Shown here: in pieces, positions 18,811 to 28,352 of the stretch
How the letters are laid out: every line of letters begins with the position of its first letter
Numbering within the stretch: position 1 is the stretch's first letter
NCBI GenBank assembly: GCA_022711115.1
Contig: JAKLFP010000001.1
Span: 453,183-517,182, forward strand
Reading direction: 5' to 3'
DNA from: Candidatus Omnitrophota bacterium
GTDB taxonomy: Bacteria; Omnitrophota; Omnitrophia; Omnitrophales; Aquincolibacteriaceae
DNA: 64,000 bases
Notes under the pieces: generated by a model
Told to the model about the DNA's origin: nothing
What the model saw: the letters and a program-made list of their open reading frames with translations, nothing else
Database searches by the model: none
Program-made: the position numbers and the translations under genes

Positions 18811-20153
18811 ACAAAAACGATTTAGTTGCTAAAGACAAAAAATATATCTGGCATCCATTCACGCAGATGCGTGATTGGCAATCGGAAGACGTGCTGGTGA
18901 TTGAAAAAGGCGAGGGTTGTTATTTGGTCGATACCCAAGGCCGCCGGTATCTCGACGGCGTGTCGTCGCTTTGGTGCAATGTGCACGGTCATCGCGTGAA
19001 AGCGCTCGACCAGGCCATTAAAAAACAGCTCGGAAAAATCGCACACAGCACTTTTTTAGGTCTCACCCACCCGCTAGCCATTGAACTTGCCGAAAGGCTT
19101 CTCTCTATGGCGCCAAAAGGTTTAACGCGCGTTTTTTATTCGGATTCAGGGTCCGAAGCCATGGAGATCGCACTCAAAATGGCGTTTCAATATTGGCAAC
19201 AATGCGGCCAGACGGGAAAAAAGAAATTTGCGAAACTTACCCATGCTTATCACGGTGACACGATCGGATCGGTAAGCGTTGGCGGCATCGATCTTTTCCA
19301 TCAGATCTACAAACCGCTTCTTTTTGATACCTTCGCAGTGCCGTCGCCTTATTGCTACCGGTGGCCTTCTACAAGCGATCCCGAGGAGGTCAAAGAAGCA
19401 TCTTTGAAAGCCATGGAAGCACTCTTCAAAAAGCATCATAAAGAGATCGCCGCATTAGTCATGGAACCTTTGATGCAAGGTGCGGCCGGGATGATCGACC
19501 AGCCGAAAGGATATATTTTCCGTGCGCGGCAACTGACAGAAAAGTATAATATCCTCCTGATCTTTGATGAAGTCGCTACGGGATTTGGTCGGACAGGGAA
19601 GATGTTCGCCGCGGGGCATGAGAAAGTTACTCCGGACCTTATGGCCGTTGCCAAAGGCATTACGGGCGGCTATTTACCGCTTGCCGCGACGCTCACGACC
19701 GAAAAAATTTATAAGGCGTTTCTTGGCAACTACGAAGAATTCAAAACATTTTTTCACGGACATACTTATACTGCCAATCCGTTGGCCTGCGCCGTCGCCA
19801 TCGCAAATCTCAAGCTTTTTGAAAAACAGAAAACAATCCGGAAGACACAAGCCAAAATTCGGCTGGTACAGGATCGGCTAAAAGGTTTTTATAATCTTCG
19901 CCATGTCGGTGATATCCGGCAAGTTGGTATGATGATCGGGATTGAATTGGTCCGTGATAAAAAGACCAAAGAAACTTACGATTCCAAAGAAAAGATTGGC
20001 ATTCGAGTGATTGAAAAAGCGAGAAAAAAAGGAGCCATCTTGCGCCCGCTAGGGTCTGTGATCGTATTGATGCCTCCTTTAGGGATGCATGAAAGACAGC
20101 TTCAACAGTTATTGAATATCACCTACCGGTCGATAAAAGAAGTTACTGAATAG
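18807..20153 (+). CDS. bioA: Adenosylmethionine-8-amino-7-oxononanoate aminotransferase
   Basis: Class III aminotransferase with BioA N-terminus (YIWHPFTQM...LVIEKGEGCYLVDTQGRRYLDGVSSLWCNVHGH) and a PLP lysine region. Confidence 0.9.
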   Translation: MNKNDLVAKDKKYIWHPFTQMRDWQSEDVLVIEKGEGCYLVDTQGRRYLDGVSSLWCNVHGHRVKALDQAIKKQLGKIAHSTFLGLTHPLAIELAERLLSMAPKGLTRVFYSDSGSEAMEIALKMAFQYWQQCGQTGKKKFAKLTHAYHGDTIGSVSVGGIDLFHQIYKPLLFDTFAVPSPYCYRWPSTSDPEEVKEASLKAMEALFKKHHKEIAALVMEPLMQGAAGMIDQPKGYIFRARQLTEKYNILLIFDEVATGFGRTGKMFAAGHEKVTPDLMAVAKGITGGYLPLAATLTTEKIYKAFLGNYEEFKTFFHGHTYTANPLACAVAIANLKLFEKQKTIRKTQAKIRLVQDRLKGFYNLRHVGDIRQVGMMIGIELVRDKKTKETYDSKEKIGIRVIEKARKKGAILRPLGSVIVLMPPLGMHERQLQQLLNITYRSIKEVTE

Positions 20154-20198
20154 CAGTTTGACGCAAGCAACGCAACGACAGCTTTTTTATTAACCGTT

Positions 20199-20951
20199 AT
20201 GCGAGGGAATATGAAAGCGGCAGGGATTTTTATCACAGGGACAGATACCGACGTCGGTAAAACCGTCGTCGCTGCGGGGCTTGCTCTCGTTCTTCGTGAT
20301 CGCGGACTCAAGGTTGGTGTGATGAAGCCAGTCGCGACAGGATGTTATGGCCTGGAGGAGAGGCTTATTCCTCAGGATGCCGCTTTTCTGATGGAGGCCG
20401 CACAAAATCAATTTGCCCCTTTAACGAGCCCGTCGCGTTTCCGGAATCCTCTGGCGCCAAGCGTTGCAGCCATGCTTGAAAAAAAAGAAGTCAATATTCA
20501 AAACATTCTCAAATGCTACCAACAGCTCCAGAAACATTATGATTTTCTTATCGTAGAAGGCGTAGGAGGTCTGATGGTGCCGCTCAAAAAAGATTATTAT
20601 GTGGCGAACCTCATTCGCGAGATGGGGCTGCCAATTCTAATTGTTTCTTATGCAGGACTCGGGGCCATCAACCATACGCTTTTGACCGTGGATGCGGCTG
20701 TGATCCGCGGTTTGGAATTACGGGGTATTATTTTTAACCGTGTTTCTGTTACGAATTATTCCTTGGCTGAGTTGACCAATCCCAAGGTGATTCACGATCT
20801 TTCGGGAGTTCCTATTTTGGGAAGTTTGCCAGATGTCGAAGGATTAAATCTGGATAGTTGTCAATTCGGCAGCCTCAAAGAGATCTTTCAGGAGCGAATC
20901 CAAGTCGACAAAATCCTTGGAGGTTTTACGCATCTAGCTCCTAGAAGATAG
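20199..20951 (+). CDS. bioD: Dethiobiotin synthetase
   Basis: P-loop FITGTDTDVGKT and BioD-like length (250 aa). Confidence 0.85.
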   Translation: MRGNMKAAGIFITGTDTDVGKTVVAAGLALVLRDRGLKVGVMKPVATGCYGLEERLIPQDAAFLMEAAQNQFAPLTSPSRFRNPLAPSVAAMLEKKEVNIQNILKCYQQLQKHYDFLIVEGVGGLMVPLKKDYYVANLIREMGLPILIVSYAGLGAINHTLLTVDAAVIRGLELRGIIFNRVSVTNYSLAELTNPKVIHDLSGVPILGSLPDVEGLNLDSCQFGSLKEIFQERIQVDKILGGFTHLAPRR

Positions 20952-20968
20952 CCTGAAAGGAACAAAAA

Positions 20969-22285
20969 TTGTCCACTCGCAACTTCGTTGGCATCCGCCT
21001 TGAAAGGAAAAAAGAGGCCAGTCTGCTTAACTGGAACCTCAAGCGGCCCTACACCCCCGAGAGAGTTCGTATTTCACTTCCAGCGACTGCCTACCCTTGC
21101 GTTCACGTCGGGAACAATGTGCAAACAGGGCAGAAGATCGCAGATCCCGTCGGGCCTGGGTGTGCGACCGTGCATTCAAGCATGGAAGGAGTCATCGAAA
21201 AGATAGCGATTTTTCCGGATGCGACAGGCGGCGAGAGTATGACGGTAGAGGTTCGCAGGCAAGGGGACCCCAAAGCGCCCGCAACATTCGAAAATGTTCG
21301 AAAAAACTGGGAGATTCTCAAGGAAGAAGAGCTTTTAGACATCTTTCAAAATTCCGGGATCGTTACCACAGATGCCTTGATGCAACCGGTACACGCCAAA
21401 ATAAAAAAAAATGAACAGCATCCAACTTTGATTATCAACGGCTGCGAACCTGAGCCGTACGTTACTTGTGAACAGGTGCTGGCCATGGCACATCCCCTGG
21501 AAATATTAAAAGGCGCCGAGATCTTAAAAAAAACTACGCGGGCAAACCAAATCCTTTTTGTTTTTGAAGATTGCAACTTGGAGTTAGTGGAACTTTTCAA
21601 AAGCAAAATTTATTTTTTAAAATGGGAACATGTCAAAGTGCGAACAGTGCCGGCCGTTTACCCGCAAGGACATGAAACCACATTGCTTCAGCGCTGGTTT
21701 TCCGGCAAAGAAGACCAGGCGATTGTGTTTCCAGCCTCCACGGCTTTTGCCGTTTATGAGGCGGTAGTTCACCAAAAGCCTTTTTATGAAAGAGTCTTGA
21801 CCGTAGGAGGCGAGTGTGTGATAGAACCGCGGAGTCTTTGGCTGCCTCTTGGAATTTCTTTTCGGGATGCCATTCACACCTGTAAGGGCGTTATGCGCGA
21901 ACCTCAGAAGGTTATCATGGGTGGACCCATGGCCGGAACAGCACAAGAGAATCTGGAAGTTTCTGTGATGGCGGGGACAAACGCTATTTTAGCGCTACCC
22001 AAAGAGGTTATAAGGGATAAAGCTGAAGAACCGTGCATTCGTTGCGGTGCCTGCGTTGACATGTGTCCGGTGTCTTTGTCACCCGCTATGATTACCTTGG
22101 CGGCGGAACACGGCGAATTTGAACTTGCGGAGAAATGGGATGTTTCAGCCTGCATCGAATGCGGTAATTGTAGTTATGTCTGCCCATCAAAGCGGCCGAT
22201 GTTGAAATGGATAAGAAAGGCTCAGGCGGAGATGGCCCAAACGGCTTTGCCCAAAAGTCAAAAAAACCATGAATACGCATCTTAA
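20969..22285 (+). CDS. RnfC/PduS-family iron-sulfur subunit homolog lacking the glycine-rich NADH/flavin motif
   Basis: TTG start with AAAGGA RBS, 18 bp after the bioD stop. N-terminal RnfC_N-like segment (LPATAYPCVHVGNNVQTGQKIADPVGPGCATVHSSMEGVIEKI). Two ferredoxin motifs (CIRCGACVDMCP, CIECGNCSYVCP). At the place where RnfC has GxGGAGFP the sequence reads SGIVTTDALMQP. Confidence 0.6.
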   Translation: MSTRNFVGIRLERKKEASLLNWNLKRPYTPERVRISLPATAYPCVHVGNNVQTGQKIADPVGPGCATVHSSMEGVIEKIAIFPDATGGESMTVEVRRQGDPKAPATFENVRKNWEILKEEELLDIFQNSGIVTTDALMQPVHAKIKKNEQHPTLIINGCEPEPYVTCEQVLAMAHPLEILKGAEILKKTTRANQILFVFEDCNLELVELFKSKIYFLKWEHVKVRTVPAVYPQGHETTLLQRWFSGKEDQAIVFPASTAFAVYEAVVHQKPFYERVLTVGGECVIEPRSLWLPLGISFRDAIHTCKGVMREPQKVIMGGPMAGTAQENLEVSVMAGTNAILALPKEVIRDKAEEPCIRCGACVDMCPVSLSPAMITLAAEHGEFELAEKWDVSACIECGNCSYVCPSKRPMLKWIRKAQAEMAQTALPKSQKNHEYAS

Positions 22286-23111
22286 AACATTGTCACCCCA
22301 CATTCGTTCCAGAGATTCTGTCGCCAAGAGATACTGGGGACTCACGCTTGCTTCGGTGCCTGTTTTTGTCGCCGTTATCTTAGGGGGCCAAGCGGGTGCT
22401 CTGAGAGTTCTTTTGTTCAGCATTATCAGCGCAGTAGCGTTTGATTTTTTGGGAGCGAAAATTTTGTTTAAAAAAGAACGTGTCAATAACGGTGAGGCGG
22501 TGCTAAGCGCGACACTTTTGACGCTTCTCCTTCCCAGGAATTGTCCTTTTGAGATTGCCGTATTCGGGATTTTTTTGGCGGTTTTTGTGGTCAAAGAACT
22601 TTTTGGGGGAACAGGCTCCTACCTTTTTCACCCCGTGCTGGCTGCCCGCATTTTTCTTCAAATGAGTTTTCCAGGATTTTTTGAAAACAGCGGCATGATC
22701 TTGGAAGAAAAAAGCGCTCTTTGGATACTTGGGGGGCTTTTAGTCAGCGGGGTGGCTGTCATAAGTCAGAAAAACAATCGGGAAATACCGCTTTTTTATA
22801 TTATGATTTCCTTGCTTTGTGTTTTATTGTTCCATTCTGGCATGGAGTCTTTAACGGTTTTAAATTGGATTTTTTTTACGGCATTTTTTCTTTTGGGAGA
22901 TTCCGTTGCGATGCCTCTGACTCGGAAAGGGACACGGATCTTTGTCTTAGGGGCGGCGCTTTTAAATTTCTTTTTCGAAGCGAAAGGTTTTTCTATGGCG
23001 GCGGCAGGCTACGCCATTTTATTGATGAATGCATTAACGCCATGGCTTGACGTGATGATGAAACCTGCCGCTTACAGAGCCAAGATCCATCTCAAGGCCA
23101 CCTATCCATGA
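22269..23111 (+). CDS. RnfD/NqrB-family membrane subunit homolog (short, no recognisable FMN-attachment motif)
   Basis: 280 aa polytopic. SPHIRS near the N-terminus, GGTGSYLFHPVLAARIFLQMSFP and a C-terminal block AFFLLGDSVAMPLTRKGTRIFVLGAALLNFFFEAKGFSMAAAGYAILLMNALTPWLD typical of RnfD/NqrB. No S/TGAT(P)L motif was found. Confidence 0.6.
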   Translation: MNTHLKTLSPHIRSRDSVAKRYWGLTLASVPVFVAVILGGQAGALRVLLFSIISAVAFDFLGAKILFKKERVNNGEAVLSATLLTLLLPRNCPFEIAVFGIFLAVFVVKELFGGTGSYLFHPVLAARIFLQMSFPGFFENSGMILEEKSALWILGGLLVSGVAVISQKNNREIPLFYIMISLLCVLLFHSGMESLTVLNWIFFTAFFLLGDSVAMPLTRKGTRIFVLGAALLNFFFEAKGFSMAAAGYAILLMNALTPWLDVMMKPAAYRAKIHLKATYP

Positions 23112-23257
23112 ACATAAAAAAAACGGTTTTAACAATGCTTCAGTATTTGTTCTTTGTTCTTTTTGTGGCCGTATTGCTGATCACGCTTTCGGGCGCAAAA
23201 ATGTTGAGCCAAGAGGTTCTGAAGAATGAATGGTATCGGGAGTTGATCCGGCCATGA
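23108..23257 (+). CDS. 49-aa single-TM protein translationally coupled to both neighbours (possible RnfG N-terminal anchor remnant)
   Basis: Not in the ORF track because it is under 60 aa. Its ATG overlaps the rnfD-like stop (ATGA at 23108-23111) and its stop overlaps the next gene's ATG (ATGA at 23254-23257). Sequence MNIKKTVLTMLQYLFFVLFVAVLLITLSGAKMLSQEVLKNEWYRELIRP. Confidence 0.4.
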   Translation: MNIKKTVLTMLQYLFFVLFVAVLLITLSGAKMLSQEVLKNEWYRELIRP

Positions 23258-23775
23258 AAATTCCCGACAGTCTTTTGTCCCGCATCATTTTTGCGTATCT
23301 TCCTTTCATGGTCTATGCCTTTGACCTTGAAAAGGCTTGGATCGCGGTGCTTTGTGTTGTTGCTGTTTTTTGGCTCACCGTTTTTTTCTTCTGGTTTACA
23401 CGGAATCTTTTCCCCGAAAAGCTCCGAAGCGAAGTTTTCTTCTTTTGGCTTCTTGCATGGGCCCAAGCGGTTTGGTATTTCACAAAACTTCAGCCTTTAT
23501 GGGCGCTCAGCGTTTTTTTCTTGATCCCTACCTCTTTTCTTGAGCCGAGCCAGAAAGCCAGCCGGGTGCGCGTTTTTTCTCGAGTGGTTCCGAGGTATTT
23601 TTGGGAAAGATTTTTGGCTGGATTTGGTTTTATCGGTTTTGTGATTGTGATGGCACTTGTTCAGGAGGTTTTAGGGCGCCAGTTCGGGATGATGTCTTTT
23701 CAACGGCCGGCCGGCATTTTGCTTTTACTTTCTTTAGCTGCTTTTTTATGGAAAAACCAGCCATATCAAAGGTGA
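23254..23775 (+). CDS. RnfE/RnfA (Rnf-Nqr) family membrane subunit homolog, divergent
   Basis: Polytopic membrane protein. The C-terminal region FLAGFGFIGFVIVMALVQEVLGRQFG resembles the RnfE block [25 protein letters not shown]. The track lists an alternative start at 23230. Confidence 0.45.
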   Translation: MKIPDSLLSRIIFAYLPFMVYAFDLEKAWIAVLCVVAVFWLTVFFFWFTRNLFPEKLRSEVFFFWLLAWAQAVWYFTKLQPLWALSVFFLIPTSFLEPSQKASRVRVFSRVVPRYFWERFLAGFGFIGFVIVMALVQEVLGRQFGMMSFQRPAGILLLLSLAAFLWKNQPYQR

Positions 23776-23776
23776 G

Positions 23777-24289
23777 ATGATGGTTTATTCTCTAATTATT
23801 ACTTTCGGTTTGTTGTTTGCGATTCGCGGCGTCAAAAGCTTGACGCTGCAAAATCCGGAGAAAACACTTCCTGAAGTCTGGCGCCAGGCCGTCGATTTTT
23901 GTTTGACGCTTGCGTTCACCCTTTTGTATTTTGAAGCCTCATTATGCATTGTAGGTATCCAGAGCTTTGTCCAGGACCATGCCTTGTTGGTGATTGGATT
24001 TTTGGCGTATGTCTTTTCAAAATACCAAAAGAAAACGGATATCTTTTTCCTCTCCATGACAGTCCTCACCTTTTTAATTTATTCCGAACAAAAGAATTTG
24101 CTGCACGGTCTCTTTTGGGTGGGTGCCGTGAGCATTGGGATAGCTTTGTTCCGGACTTGTTTTCTTGGATTGCGATACAAACTTTTGTTTTCTCGTGTTC
24201 CCAAGATGATGCAAGGGTGGCCGATTCTTTGCCTTTTGGCATCTCTTTTATCCCTGGCTCTTTGGGGAATTGGGAGGCTGATTTTCTAA
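23777..24289 (+). CDS. RnfA/RnfE (Rnf-Nqr) family membrane subunit homolog, divergent
   Basis: 170 aa polytopic. The C-terminal RVPKMMQGWPILCLLASLLSLALWGIG resembles the RnfA C-terminus [26 protein letters not shown]. Start is 2 bp after the previous stop. Confidence 0.45.
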   Translation: MMVYSLIITFGLLFAIRGVKSLTLQNPEKTLPEVWRQAVDFCLTLAFTLLYFEASLCIVGIQSFVQDHALLVIGFLAYVFSKYQKKTDIFFLSMTVLTFLIYSEQKNLLHGLFWVGAVSIGIALFRTCFLGLRYKLLFSRVPKMMQGWPILCLLASLLSLALWGIGRLIF

Positions 24290-24357
24290 GGTTTTTTCCA
24301 TGAAAGTCGAAAATAGGTAAAGGAAAATCATTTTTATAAACTCAAAGAGGACTTCCC

Positions 24358-25440
24358 ATGGCTATTGAAGAATTCTTGATCGGCGCAGTACAAAAAGAAG
24401 CTTCGGACATTCACCTTACTGCGGGACGACCGGTTACCTACCGTCTTGTCGGTGACCTGGTGTCGATGACAGACAAACCTTTGACCGCACAAGATACCGA
24501 ATCTTTTGCTAAAGAGATCACAACAGAGACGCAACGTAAAAAAATCGAAGAGGTAGGCGGTATTGATTTCGGTTTTTCTTTCAAGGATAAAGCACGCTTT
24601 CGTGTCTCCTGCTTCAAAACACAAGGCCGGTACGGGATCGTGCTGCGTCTTTTACCCACCCGGTTTTTTAATTTTCAAGACATCGGTTTGCCGCCTCAAA
24701 TCATAGAAGTTTTAAACCTTCCTCGCGGATTGGTTCTTGTGACCGGCCCGACAGGATCCGGTAAAACGACGTCGCTCGCGACAATGCTTAACTACATCAA
24801 TGAAAACTTTCCAAGGCATATCATTACCGTGGAAGATCCTGTGGAATTTGTGCATCCTCACAAAAAATCCTTAGTCACTCAACGAGAGGTTGGGGAGGAT
24901 GTCCCGAGCTTTTCCGAAGCCATCGTCAAATCCCTGCGCCAGGACCCGGACGTGATTCTTATCGGAGAAATGCGCGACCTGGCGACTATGGAATCCGCGA
25001 TCCGCGCAGCGGAAACAGGCCATTTGGTTTTTTCAACCTTACACACCACCGGCGCCGCACGAACGGTTGACCGCATCATCGATGTTTTTCCTTCTCATCA
25101 ACAGCCGCAGATTCGCATCCAGCTTGCCTCAACGGTCGTGGCTGTTATTTCCCAAGTGCTTATCCCGCGCTTGGACGGGAATGGACGTGTTGCCGCCTTT
25201 GAAATTATGTTCGCGACCCCGGCCATCCGCAATCTTATCCGTGAAGGAAAGACCTATCAAATTCTTTCGGAAATTCAGACCGGGTCCCGCTACGGTATGA
25301 TTATGCTGGATGAACATTTAAAGCAACTCTATGCCAGCGGGGCCATTGGCTACGAAGCAGCTTTAGAAGTTTCGGTCGACCCAAGAGAACTTGGGCTTCA
25401 GCTTTCCAAAATACAGTCGCCAATAAAAGGGAAAAAATAA
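24358..25440 (+). CDS. pilT: Type IV pilus retraction ATPase PilT
   Basis: Walker A GPTGSGKTT plus the PilT-specific AIRNLIREGK motif. 360 aa. Confidence 0.85.
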   Translation: MAIEEFLIGAVQKEASDIHLTAGRPVTYRLVGDLVSMTDKPLTAQDTESFAKEITTETQRKKIEEVGGIDFGFSFKDKARFRVSCFKTQGRYGIVLRLLPTRFFNFQDIGLPPQIIEVLNLPRGLVLVTGPTGSGKTTSLATMLNYINENFPRHIITVEDPVEFVHPHKKSLVTQREVGEDVPSFSEAIVKSLRQDPDVILIGEMRDLATMESAIRAAETGHLVFSTLHTTGAARTVDRIIDVFPSHQQPQIRIQLASTVVAVISQVLIPRLDGNGRVAAFEIMFATPAIRNLIREGKTYQILSEIQTGSRYGMIMLDEHLKQLYASGAIGYEAALEVSVDPRELGLQLSKIQSPIKGKK

Positions 25441-25640
25441 TTATCATATAAGGCAAATTATGCTTGACCTGTCAGGATGACTTCGTTATGCTATTGTCGC
25501 CTTGAGCAGGTAAGGCCAATCTAAATTCCATTCGAAAGAGATCATAGGTTCAATTCCATCGTTAAAATTTGACCGCTTTTTATCTTTCCATAGGTTATCT
25601 GGACCATCAAAGGGAAAATCATTAACAATTTGTTTCTGCT

Positions 25641-28352
25641 ATGAAAAAAAATATCCCAAGAAGCCCTCAAGGGGAGAAGCTTTTCCTTATTGACGGCAAT
25701 TCCTTTTGTTACCGGGCATTCTACGCGATTCCTGCTTTGACGAATTCTAAGGGAGAGCCGACGAACGCTATCTATGGTTTTGTGGCTATCTTGCGCAAAC
25801 TCATAGAGGAACAACAACCGGACCATCTCGCGGTCTGTTTTGACCGCAAAGAACCGACATTCCGCCATGAGAAGTATAAGGAATATAAGGCACAACGGAA
25901 ACCGATGCCTCCCGAGCTTGTGGCGCAAATGGAGCCTATCAAAGAATTTTGCCGCATCTCGGACATCCCCATTTTTGAAAAAGCAGGCTATGAAGCGGAT
26001 GATGTGATCGGCACTTTGGCAGTTTTAGGAAAAAAAGAAGGGCACCAAGTTTTTATTGTGACCGGAGATAAGGACGCTTTTCAATTAGTGGACGACAGGA
26101 TAAAAATCCTTCAACCCCATAAAGAAAACTTGGTCTATGACATAGCAAAGGTCAAAGAGCGCTTTAGCGGTTTAGGGCCGGAGAAGATTGTGGATATTCT
26201 GGCGCTGATGGGAGACGCTTCAGACAATATTCCGGGGGTTCCCGGGATTGGTGAAAAAACTGCGATAAAATTAATCCAAGAGTTCGGTTCCGTCGAAGAA
26301 CTTATTCATAATTGGGAGCGGCTCTCTTCGGAGAAACAGAAACAAAAAATAAAAGAAAACATGGAAGATCTTAAGATGTCCCAAATGCTCGCGACGATTG
26401 ACACGCGTGTTCCTCTTGAAGTCGACTGGAATGCTATGCGTATCGGTGAGCCGGACCATGCGATGCTGGCCGAATTTTTTAAGCGCTATGAATTTCGTGG
26501 TTTTCTTAAAACAGCTCTACCGCAGGGAGAAAAGGAAGAAGGGAAGCGCAGTTACCAGGCCGTTCAAAGCGAAGCTGAAATGAAAAAATTTCTTAGCAAA
26601 CTAAAAAATGAAAAAACTGTAAGTTTTGACACAGAAACTACTTCAAGCGATCCTATGGTCGGAGAACTTGTCGGCATGAGTTTTTCATGGGAGCCTTTTA
26701 CCGCCTACTACATACCGGTTTCTTCCTCGTTCCACACAGGAAAAGGGTTGCCGGTCAAAGAGGTGTTGGAAGATCTCAAAGCTATTTTTGAAGATGAGAA
26801 AATTCAAAAATACGGACAAAACATAAAATACGATCAAATCATTCTGGCGCGTAATGGCGTGCAAATGAAAGGCATTGCTTTTGACACCATGATCGCAAGC
26901 TACCTCATTGATCCCATCAAGCGGAACCACAACCTGGATGATATTTCGATGGAATACCTGAATGTAAGAAAGATCCCGACCGAAAGTTTGATCGGGGAAG
27001 GGAAAAAACAGATCAGCATGGCTGAAGTTCCGATTGAAAAAATTACGGAATACGCCTGCGAAGATGCCGATTGCGTTTTTCGTCTCGTTCCTATTTTGAA
27101 AGCCAAACTAAAAGAACTGAAGCTTATGGAGCTTTATGAAGCCGTTGAGTTGCCGCTTGCCGAAGTTTTAGCTCACATGGAGATGAATGGGGTAGCTCTC
27201 GACCTTGATTTCCTGAAGAAACTTTCGGAAAAAGCAGCGCAAGAAATCGCAGTTCTACAAAAAGAAATTTATCAAGAAGCTGGTGCAGCATTCAATCTGG
27301 ACTCGCCGAAACAAATAGCAGATATTCTTTTTGTTCAGAAAAAACTCCCGGCCTTCAAAAAAACAAAAACAGGATATTCGACGGATGCAAGCGTGCTTGA
27401 AAAACTGGCGCTTTCTTATGAACTGCCGCGGAAAATTTTGGAATATCGAGAACGATCCAAGCTGAAATCCACTTATTTGGATGCATTGCCTGAAATGGTC
27501 AATTCCAGCACTCATTGCGTGCATACTTCTTATCATCAAACAACGACGGACACGGGACGGCTTTCGAGTTCAGAACCTAATTTGCAGAATATCCCTATCA
27601 AAACAGAAACTGGAAGATTAGTGCGCAAAGCATTTATTCCCCGCGAACGGAAAAAAGAAAAAGGGAAGATTCTTTCTGCAGATTATTCTCAAATCGAACT
27701 GCGCATCCTCGCACATTTTTGCGAAGATCCGAGCTTGGTCAAAGCCTTTGCCGAAGACCGGGACATTCACAGCTTTACGGCAACGTTGCTTTACGGTGGG
27801 AAGGAACAGGATGTGACACGGGAGATGCGCAATGCCGCCAAGACGATCAATTTCAGCATTATTTACGGAAAAACAAGTTACGGTCTTTCCCAAGACCTTC
27901 ATATTTCGATTCAAGAAGCGGATGCGTTTATTAAGAATTATTTTGAACGATATAGAAAAATAAAAGAATTTCTGGATTCTCAACGAGAAAAAGCCAAAAA
28001 AGAAGGTTTTTTAACAACCCTTCTCGGCAGGCGTTCTTATTTCCCCAATATTCATGCCCCGAACATACAGCTTCGTCAATACGCGGAACGGGCGGCGATC
28101 AACGCACCGCTTCAGGGATCCGCCGCAGACTTGATCAAGGTTGCCATGATCGCGATCCAAAAAAAGCTGGAAGCTGAGCAATGCGAAAGCCTGATGATCA
28201 TGCAAGTTCATGACGAGCTTGTATTTGATGCTCCTGAGAAAGAAACCGAGGTGCTGTCTTCAATGGTAAAAAAAGAAATGGAACACGCCTGCAAACTTAA
28301 AGTGCCGCTTAAGGTCGATATTTCTGTGGGGGATTCATGGTACAAAAACTAG
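25641..28352 (+). CDS. polA: DNA polymerase I
   Basis: 903 aa. 5'-3' exonuclease N-terminus, a 3'-5' exonuclease DxE region (VSFDTETTS), and polymerase motifs (DYSQIELRILAH, QVHDELVFD). Confidence 0.95.
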   Translation: MKKNIPRSPQGEKLFLIDGNSFCYRAFYAIPALTNSKGEPTNAIYGFVAILRKLIEEQQPDHLAVCFDRKEPTFRHEKYKEYKAQRKPMPPELVAQMEPIKEFCRISDIPIFEKAGYEADDVIGTLAVLGKKEGHQVFIVTGDKDAFQLVDDRIKILQPHKENLVYDIAKVKERFSGLGPEKIVDILALMGDASDNIPGVPGIGEKTAIKLIQEFGSVEELIHNWERLSSEKQKQKIKENMEDLKMSQMLATIDTRVPLEVDWNAMRIGEPDHAMLAEFFKRYEFRGFLKTALPQGEKEEGKRSYQAVQSEAEMKKFLSKLKNEKTVSFDTETTSSDPMVGELVGMSFSWEPFTAYYIPVSSSFHTGKGLPVKEVLEDLKAIFEDEKIQKYGQNIKYDQIILARNGVQMKGIAFDTMIASYLIDPIKRNHNLDDISMEYLNVRKIPTESLIGEGKKQISMAEVPIEKITEYACEDADCVFRLVPILKAKLKELKLMELYEAVELPLAEVLAHMEMNGVALDLDFLKKLSEKAAQEIAVLQKEIYQEAGAAFNLDSPKQIADILFVQKKLPAFKKTKTGYSTDASVLEKLALSYELPRKILEYRERSKLKSTYLDALPEMVNSSTHCVHTSYHQTTTDTGRLSSSEPNLQNIPIKTETGRLVRKAFIPRERKKEKGKILSADYSQIELRILAHFCEDPSLVKAFAEDRDIHSFTATLLYGGKEQDVTREMRNAAKTINFSIIYGKTSYGLSQDLHISIQEADAFIKNYFERYRKIKEFLDSQREKAKKEGFLTTLLGRRSYFPNIHAPNIQLRQYAERAAINAPLQGSAADLIKVAMIAIQKKLEAEQCESLMIMQVHDELVFDAPEKETEVLSSMVKKEMEHACKLKVPLKVDISVGDSWYKN

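Noticed and set aside
25441-25640. Possible tRNA or small RNA upstream of polA. The segment contains AGGTTCAATTCC, which resembles a tRNA T-loop, preceded by a GCCTT...AAGGC hairpin and a promoter-like TTGACC-16-TTATGCT.
   Set aside because: I could not fold a cloverleaf with acceptor, D and anticodon stems around the T-loop-like motif on either strand. Kept only as a weak candidate 5'-leader structure.
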